Shown piece by piece: positions 13,201-20,000 of a DNA stretch of 20,000 nucleotides; the first letter of the stretch is position 1, and each line of letters begins with the position of its first letter. The notes below the pieces were generated by a model, which worked only from the letters and a program-made list of their open reading frames with translations, made no database searches and was not told the origin of the DNA. Location: assembly GCA_010093995.1 (NCBI GenBank), contig ML992501.1:116250-136249 (forward strand). The letters are read 5' to 3'. The stretch is from Elsinoe ampelina (taxonomy: Eukaryota). The position numbers were made by a program, and so were the translations under genes.

Positions 13201-15419
13201 TAGTAGTAGTCTACTAAGCTACTTAAGTACTAATATATATAAGTCTAGAACGTAGCTAGGGCATTAGTAAGGCTAAAAGGTATAATAGTATATTTAAAGT
13301 AGCTATAGTAATAGTAGAACGCTATCTTCTATTTATCGCTATACTAGATATATACTCTATAGTAGGTATCTATAAGGTCTAGCTTACTAAATAAGTATAC
13401 GCCCTTAATATAATTAAGTATCTTAGCAATTAGGGGCAAGGAGTAATAGTTCTTAATAGTAACATTATTTAGCCTATAATAGTTAATATATAGGCGTAGT
13501 AAACTATCCTTCTTAGGAACAAATAAAATAGAAAACCCTATAGAGCTAGTACTATACTAGAGTTAACCTATCGCTAAGCTATTATCTATATACTCTTAAA
13601 GTACCTAAAGCTCCTTCTTACCAAGGGGGTAGATAGGTCCCTAGAGTAGCTATTTCCTCTCTTTAATATCGATAGAGTAAGTAAAATTGTTACTTAGTAG
13701 CGCTATTACTCTGCTCTTATTAAAAACGTCTATATAGTTATTAAGCTAGTATAGTAGAGTCGGGGCGCTAGGTTTGTCTCGGCGTATATATACTAGATAG
13801 AGCTAAGTATTAGGCTAATTTAGCTCCTAGAAGAAGAAGAGTATATCTAGGATCGACACCTATATAGCGCTAGTATAATGCCTCTATATACTAGCGCTCT
13901 ACTAAATCTTAGAGTCGTAGGACAATAGCTATAGTAGGCCTAATACAAGATTATAACTAGTTATATTAACGCTTTTAAACCGCTAGCGCGACGCCTACGT
14001 TATTCCCTTACTATTCTTAATAGTAAAGGCTAACTTAGTATATCTATAGATAGTTAATTCGTGTTTATCTAAGCCGCGTACCTAGTATACTACTAGAGAG
14101 TCGATAGTGATATAATAGCGTATAGTAAAATACTAGCTAATAAAGTTACTATCGGCGCTACTATCTATTAGAGCTACTTCTTCGATAGGGCCTTTAGGTA
14201 GGTTAACTATAATATCGGCACGAATTTAGTATATATTCTATATCGCGCTAGAGCTACTTAAGATTAGTAAATGTAAGGACACTATCCGTTTTAAAGAGTT
14301 TTTCTAGAGACAGTTTAGCACTTAATAGTCTAGGCTCTTATAGATGTTATAAGGGTAAGTAGCGCTAAGTTAAGGAGCTATAGAGGTAGTATTAGCGCTA
14401 CTCTACTAGTCCTTTTAGCCCTTATAGTCTTTATTATAGTAAGGCCTTTTAGTAAAAGTATTAGTCTTCTCTCTAGCGTTATACTTATACTACCCCTATA
14501 TAGAGTTAGAGTAGCCTAGTAGATTCTACTCTAAATAGGATAGATATACTAGAAGTTCTACCTTAATTAGAGGTAGATTCCCCTAACGGAGTACTTTCGA
14601 GTATAGCTCCGGCGTAGTATAGGTAATAAGCTATATATAGTAGGCATTGTTCGGGAGTAGCGCTATCTTAATATAGAACTCGTAACTATCGAGGAACATA
14701 TAGAAATTAGTAATTAACTATTCTCTACGCTAGTATAACGTAAAGAACTTTACTACGTAGCTATTACTATAGTTTTTAGAACTCTAGGCTTAGTCCTAAA
14801 GCTAGAACTATATTAGGCTCTATAAGGGTATAACGCTAGTGCTCTTAGCATATAAGTCCTAATTATAGCTAAGCTAACCTTTTAAGTAGCTAGTAGCTAT
14901 ATAGTACTAAGTAACTTCTTTAAAGTAGATATTTAGTACTATCTTAAAGACGTTATTATACGTGTATATAAATTCCTTAACTCTTACTATAATAGTAGAC
15001 TCTAAGGCCTTAGGGTAGCGTAAGTTTAGTATATACTCTCTTACGATTTGTAGGTTTATTAGGCAAATATTATTAGGTCGTACGTTGTTAAAACAACTAT
15101 ATAGCACTAGCGCTATAACTAGGGAGCAACTACTAAGTATATTCTTAAGCTAAGCGATATAAGTAAGAAGCGCTTTATATATAGTATTATTTCCTATGTC
15201 GGCTATACTTTCTATAGAAGCTATATTAGCGTAGTATAGTCTTAGCGCTAGCTCTTCCCCGGCCTAGCGATCTTTAATAGGAGTTATCTCTAGAGTTATA
15301 GCTAATTTAGTAAATGTCTTACTAATAGCTAAGCTATTAGAGAGTTATCTATACTAGTGCTACTCTAGCGGTAGTTAGTTATTTCGCTAGCGCTAAGTAT
15401 AGAGTACTATCTTGTCTAT
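10230..15419 (-). pseudogene. gag-pol polyprotein of element B (single frame, RIP-degenerate; ends approximate)
   Basis: All in one - frame: gag (ORF-track 14907..15107), knuckle (C)NI(C)KS(P)D(H)(W)xxNC 14310-14351, ALIDS(G)AD ~14150-14174, (M)PF(G)LTNA(P)ATF(Q) ~13250-13285, YLD(D)ILIY ~13190, LET(D)A(S)DF ~12725, DKELLAI ~12590, (D)FIT(G)LP ~11345, F(H)(P)(Q)(T)D(G)(Q)TE ~11065, YI(G)PF ~10630, chromodomain EYII(E)xIL...YLVK(W)(Q)(G)YPxEES(T)(W)E(P)xxNL 10343-10466. Confidence 0.9.
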
Positions 15420-15456
15420 ATAGCTCTATCTAATAGAATATAAGAGAGATTAGAAT

Positions 15457-15654
15457 TATAATAAAGATAGAATATTAGAGCTAGAAAGACAAGTATATAA
15501 GGGTAGAACAGGTATTATACTAGTATACTCTCGATTGTCGTAAGACTAATCTCTACTCTATCTATTCTATAGGCGAGGAGTGTTTTATTCTCCTATAGAG
15601 AATAGTATCTCTAGAGTAAGCTAGCGTAGCGTACTTACTATGTTAGTTCTTACA
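15457..15654 (-). repeat. 5' LTR of element B
   Basis: Starts TGTAAGAAC on the - strand; gap-free match to 8364-8561 with 18 differences by hand count, all transitions. Confidence 0.93.
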
Positions 15655-15659
15655 TTTAT

Positions 15660-16949
15660 ACATCGAAGAATTATATACACGTAGGAGCTACTAAGACGGC
15701 CGCTATAATAAAGTTTACTTTCTATATCCCTAGATGTAATAGTAACGTTAAGAGATTCGTCGCTAACTATTATAACTATAAGCGTTTAAAGGCTTATTAT
15801 AGTTTACTAGCCGGCCTCTTATCGCTATTACCTATTTTAGAAAGGCCTTAGTAATATATTACTATAGACTTCGTTACTAGCCTACCCTTAGTAGATAGCT
15901 ATAACGTAGTACTATATGTTATAGATTGCTTATCTAAGGAATAATACTTAATTTCTTACTTCTCTAGAGAAGAAGACACCTTAGCGTTTAAGACTACTAA
16001 GTTATTATTCTTCTATGTTTAGAGACTACACGGCCTACTAGATAGTATTACCTTCGACTATAGCCCTTAGTTCGTTAGCGACGTATAGAAAAGGCTCTAC
16101 TAAATTCTAAAGATTACTACTAAACTATCTACTATAGGGCACCTATAAATAGATAGCTAATTAGAGGTTATAAATTGTAAGTTTAAGTGAATTATTTATT
16201 TATATACTACACGTTTTAGCAATTAGACCCTTATTCTACTAGTAGTAAAGTTCTCTACTAATACTAGCCTATTAGAAAGTACTAAGCTATTACTATTTAA
16301 GGTTACTAGGGGATATAAGTCTAGACTAAGCTTCTAGCCCCCTTCTAATACACTATTAACAAGAGCTAAGCTAAATAAGGCCGACATTTACGCCCTTACT
16401 AAGCAACTAGAAGAAGTACTAGCTATTGCTAAGGCTAACCTCGCTATTGCCTAATTACGAATAGTAGAGTAAGCTAATAGACACCGCTAGCTAATAGAGT
16501 TTAAGGTAGGCGATTTAGTTTAGCTATTAATAAAGAACCTTTAGCTATAGAGTAATATAAAGCTACTACTAAAGTATATTAGTCCCTATAAGATCCTTAA
16601 GAAACAATTACTACTAGTATATAAGCTTAATCTACTAGCTATACTATAAAGTATCTACCTAGTATTCTACGCTAACCTTCTTACTAAGCACCTAAATAAC
16701 TCTCTACTAGGCTAAGCCTTTAATAAACTACCTCCGGTAGAAGTCGATAGTAAAGAGAAATACGAGGTAGACGATATAATTAATATATATATACTATAAG
16801 GGAAGCTAGTTACTTATATAAGCTAGAAGAGCTATCTAGAGAATCTTACCTAGTAGCTAATTAACAATCTTAAAGGAGTAGCTAACGTGCTATATAACTA
16901 TCTAGACCCTTATATAGATAAGCTAAGGCCGGAATAGATTAATAAATAA
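15660..16949 (+). pseudogene. pol of element A, 3' part: integrase (HHCC, DDE core, GPY/F) and chromodomain
   Basis: Continues in frame after removing element B and one TSD copy: H(A)GATKT...N(C)xx(C), IT(M)DFVT(G)LP 15858, IT(S)D(R)(G)P(Q)F ~16047, H(P)(Q)(T)D(G)(Q)(S)E ~16140, YI(G)PYKI ~16575, YEVDDII...S(W)K(G)Y(P)E(D)xT(W) 16761-16853. Confidence 0.9.
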
Positions 16950-16980
16950 TATATAATAGCGTTTAAGAGTAAATACACTT

Positions 16981-16994
16981 AAGAGAGAGAGTAG
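16981..16994 (+). promoter_or_regulatory. Polypurine tract of element A
   Basis: AAGAGAGAGAGTAG immediately precedes the 3' LTR. Confidence 0.8.
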
Positions 16995-17200
16995 TAATAT
17001 AAGATAGATACGAACTAGATTTAGTTAGGATCTAGTTTAGATTAGTTACGTAATCTTAGTATCGTAGCCTAGGCTTCTAGCTACTTCGCTCTCGATATTA
17101 CGTATGCTTTGTATACTAGCTTTTCTTCTTCTTCTTCTAAGTCTTAATATCTTAACGAATAGACGTAATTAACCTCTTATCTTACTAGTCGTAATTATTA
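16995..17200 (+). repeat. 3' LTR of element A
   Basis: Direct repeat of 3640-3845. Confidence 0.92.
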
Positions 17201-20000
17201 GTACTCTAGCTTATATCTTAGTTAATACACTTCTTTACTAAGTAGCTATAACTCTATAATAGCTAGTTAGTAGACTACTAACTCGAGGGATAGCTATTAT
17301 AAGAAGGTCTTATACCTCCTAGGTAGTAATAATTTAGTAAATCTATTAGCTAGTGTATCTACTAATAGTATCTATATAACTAAGATAGAACTAGATAGAT
17401 CTCTAGCTTAATTAATCTCTTGTTTTAGCTAATAATAATAAATATTAACATAGTAAAGATATATATTTAGCTTCTTAATTAGAGTAGTAATAAGACTAAT
17501 AGTTTACTAATTATTACACTAAATACTAATATATTTAAGGGGATAGATAGAGGCTATTAGCCTCCTCTACTATATAGCTTACTTAGTAGTCTCTATAAGA
17601 GTAAGTAGCTTAGTCTCTATAGTTAATATTATAACTATTAGTTACTTTATAGCCTTCTAGTTAATTAATCCTTAAAACATCTTAAAGAGATAGTCTTAAA
17701 GGCTCTTTCTTATTAGGTAGCTACTAAAGCTAGCATCTAATAAAGCTTAAAAGATTAGTAGTAGCATTAAGCTATTAAAGGTAAGAGCTAAATTCTTAGT
17801 TTTATAGAGATATTAGATTACTCTATTTACTATTCTCTAGTAAGTTAGTAATAGATTTATTAGATGCTCTAACAATCTAGAAGTAGCAAAGGCTATATTA
17901 GGCCTTATAATAACTACTATAAAGTTAATAGATTCTACCTTTTACTAATATAGGTAGATCTCTTATAGTAATACTTAGCCTTTATAAGGTTAGAGTATCT
18001 TAATTAGTAGTAGTATTAACACTAGCCTTATTAGTTCTATAATAAACTTACTATATATCTATTATATATACTAGGCTTAGCTAAGCTAGAGTCTCTTTAT
18101 TAGTCTATCCCTTATAACTTAGATAGCTAGAAACTAGCTTAGATCTTTAAGTATCTTTATCTTATATTTAGTATAGAGAGCTATAATAACAATATTAGCT
18201 TTCTTCTTATGCTTCTTAAGATATATAATAGTAATATTATCTACAAAGAAGAAAATTATTACTTTAGGTATTATCTAGAGGTATAGAGCCTTAGAGGCTT
18301 AAGTAAATCTAATACTCTTTAGAGTAGTAGTAAATTTAGTATACTAGAGAGCTAGGGCTTACTTTAGGCTATATAGTGCTTTATTAAGTAATAGAATTGC
18401 CTCTAATAGAGTAATACTAGAATAGTCCTTTATAAGATCCTCTACTACTAGCTTAAATCTAGTAGAGATAGTATAGTAGGTAGTCTTATTAATAGGACTA
18501 TTAATATAGGTATTAATAACATCTATCTAGATAGTTTCTATATCTTTATAAGTAAGTAATGCTATAAGTATTCTAAAGATCTTAGCTACTAGAGTTACTA
18601 TATAAGTCTTAGATTCTATTAATTAGAGATTATCTCTTATATAGACTTTTACTTTATACTTTATAATCTCTCCTTTATTATTAACTTTATAGATAAATAC
18701 CTATATTAAAGAGATAGGCTTACTAGTAGCTTAAGCTACTAGTATAATAGTCTATATATATCTTAAGTATAAAGTAAGTAATTTAACCTTTATAGCCTCT
18801 TAAAATTGCTTCTTATAAGAATAAGCCTTAAGTTCTTTAATATTAGCTAGTAGTAGTAGAAGATTGTCCCTTAATTCTAGCTTAGGCTAAGTTAGTATTA
18901 TTAATAGATAAGCATTAAAGGCTTAGTAATATCTAGGAGCCTTATTAGTTTATATAAGAGTAGTAATATATACTTACCTTCTTAGTTTTCTTATTCTTCT
19001 TATTATAAAAATATATTTAGAAAGAAAATTAGCTAACCTTATAGTAATTCTTTAAGGGGGTTACTTAGGCTAAGCTTTAACTACCTCTTTATTCTAAACT
19101 TCTATTTTATCTCCTTTAGCTTTATCTCCTCCTAGTAGTAGAGGAGATAGCTATACTACTATAGATAGTAGTAAGGCTAGAGTATTAAAGAACTATTTAT
19201 TTAGTAAAGATTCCTAGATCTAAGCTAGGTTTAGATCTAGAATAGCCTTATTTAATTAGTCTAATAGAGGTAGTAACTAATCTAGTATAACAGGGTAACT
19301 CTTATCTAGCTACTAAGATAGGCTTAGCCCTTAATCTAGATTACTCTAACTTAGAGTCTAAGATAGTATCTAGTTTAGCTACTAAACTAGATTCTAAACT
19401 AGATTCTAANNNNNNNNNNNNNNNNNNNNNNNNNNNNNNNNNNNNNNNNNNNNNNNNNNNNNNNNNNNNNNNNNNNNNNNNNNNNNNNNNNNNNNNNNNN
19501 NNNNNNNNNNNNNNNNNNNNNNNNNNNNNNNNNNNNNNNNNNNNNNNNNNNNNNNNNNNNNNNNNNNNNNNNNNNNNNNNNNNNNNNNNNNNNNTTCTAA
19601 TAACCTTCTTAGAGGCTAGTATAAAGATCCTAAAGATGTTAGTTAAGTTATAGCTAACTAAATAGCTAATATAAGCCCTTAGTATAAGCTTATTACTACT
19701 TATAATAAGCTTATCTAAAGTATAAGCTTTATATCTAAGTAGCTTAAGATAAGCAACTAATAGAGAGCATCTATAAACTAGCTTAAAAGGAGTCTTCTAG
19801 TCTAGCTTTTTAAGAGGTATTCTATTAATTAGATAGGCTACTAATCTATATAGTTTAGAGTATAATTCTCTTAGTAGATTAGTAAAGATAGTAATTGCCC
19901 TTACTCTCCTTAATAGTATAGCTTCTATTCTTTTATTATAACTATTCTAAGCTTAAGTATAAGGAGTAGATAGCTTATAATAGATTCCTTTACTATCTAG
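17201..20000 (-). mobile_element. Ty1/Copia LTR retrotransposon 'C' (RIP-inactivated, 3' half: integrase C-terminus, RT, RNase H, start of 3' LTR)
   Basis: On the - strand: S(A)PYT(Q)A(Q)N(G)xx(E)R and RA(H)I(G)YLV(G)Y(D)(S)TNIFRI (19595-20000, integrase); VFIYK...KYK(A)KV(C)(V)R(G)(D)L(Q) ~18620-18700; NKALY(G)LK(Q)A(P)AL(W)Y ~18340-18385; FFVD(D)I 18233-18250; C(D)N(Q)(Q)TI...(H)V(D)I(H)(H)(H)(W)LKQE...A(D)(G)FTK ~17335-17520. IN-RT-RH order is diagnostic of Copia. Confidence 0.9.
19410..19594. other. Assembly gap (185 N) in the integrase-RT linker of element C
   Basis: Run of N characters. Confidence 0.99.

Larger units (their letters stand above)
8364..15654 (-). mobile_element. Ty3/Gypsy chromovirus LTR retrotransposon 'B' (7.3 kb, RIP-inactivated), nested antiparallel inside A
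   Basis: 198-bp direct repeats at 8364-8561 and 15457-15654; 5-bp TSD TTTAT at 8359-8363 and 15655-15659; gag-PR-RT-RH-IN-chromodomain on the - strand; purine tract on - at 8562-8575. Confidence 0.95.
3640..17200 (+). mobile_element. Ty3/Gypsy chromovirus LTR retrotransposon 'A' (RIP-inactivated, ~6.3 kb excluding nested element B)
   Basis: 206-bp direct repeats at 3640-3845 and 16995-17200; domain order gag-PR-RT-RNaseH-IN-chromodomain on the + strand; purine tract before the 3' LTR. Confidence 0.93.
3435..20000. repeat. AT-rich, RIP-mutated block of nested retrotransposons
   Basis: Abrupt drop in GC, near absence of CpA/TpG and great excess of TpA. Paired LTRs differ only by transitions, and TE reading frames are riddled with TAA/TAG at positions expected to be Gln or Trp. 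Confidence 0.95.

Noticed and set aside
11127..15107. ORFs 11127..11360 and 14907..15107 as independent genes
   Set aside because: They are stop-free fragments of element B's integrase and gag frame.
3640..17200. Dating insertions from LTR divergence
   Set aside because: All differences are RIP-type transitions, so a neutral clock does not apply.

Overview
Fungal (filamentous ascomycete-type) genomic DNA in two sharply different parts. Bases 1-3286 hold the 3' portion of an intact SMC5 gene (start lies upstream of the window), with two short introns, one of them GC-AG. From ~3435 to the end the DNA is AT-rich and heavily mutated by RIP (C>T/G>A), and resolves into three LTR retrotransposon relics. 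(A) A + strand Ty3/Gypsy chromovirus, 3640-17200, with 206-bp LTRs. (B) A different, - strand Ty3/Gypsy chromovirus, 8364-15654, with 198-bp LTRs and a TTTAT target-site duplication, inserted at the first His codon of A's integrase. (C) A - strand Ty1/Copia element, 17201->20000, whose putative 3' LTR is cut by A and which spans an assembly gap. The most notable observation is in the 1.6-kb 3' region of B: a RIP-inactivated three-exon gene on the strand opposite gag-pol (9218-~10103). Its two introns restore one reading frame, and the inferred ~260-aa product has a Zn2Cys6-like cysteine spacing and an acidic tail. Both Gypsy elements show Tf1-like self-priming complementarity, and an 11-mer (ATCTAGTTTAG) recurs in the unrelated elements A and C. 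All TE protein motifs were read by mentally reversing RIP transitions; no database search was possible.
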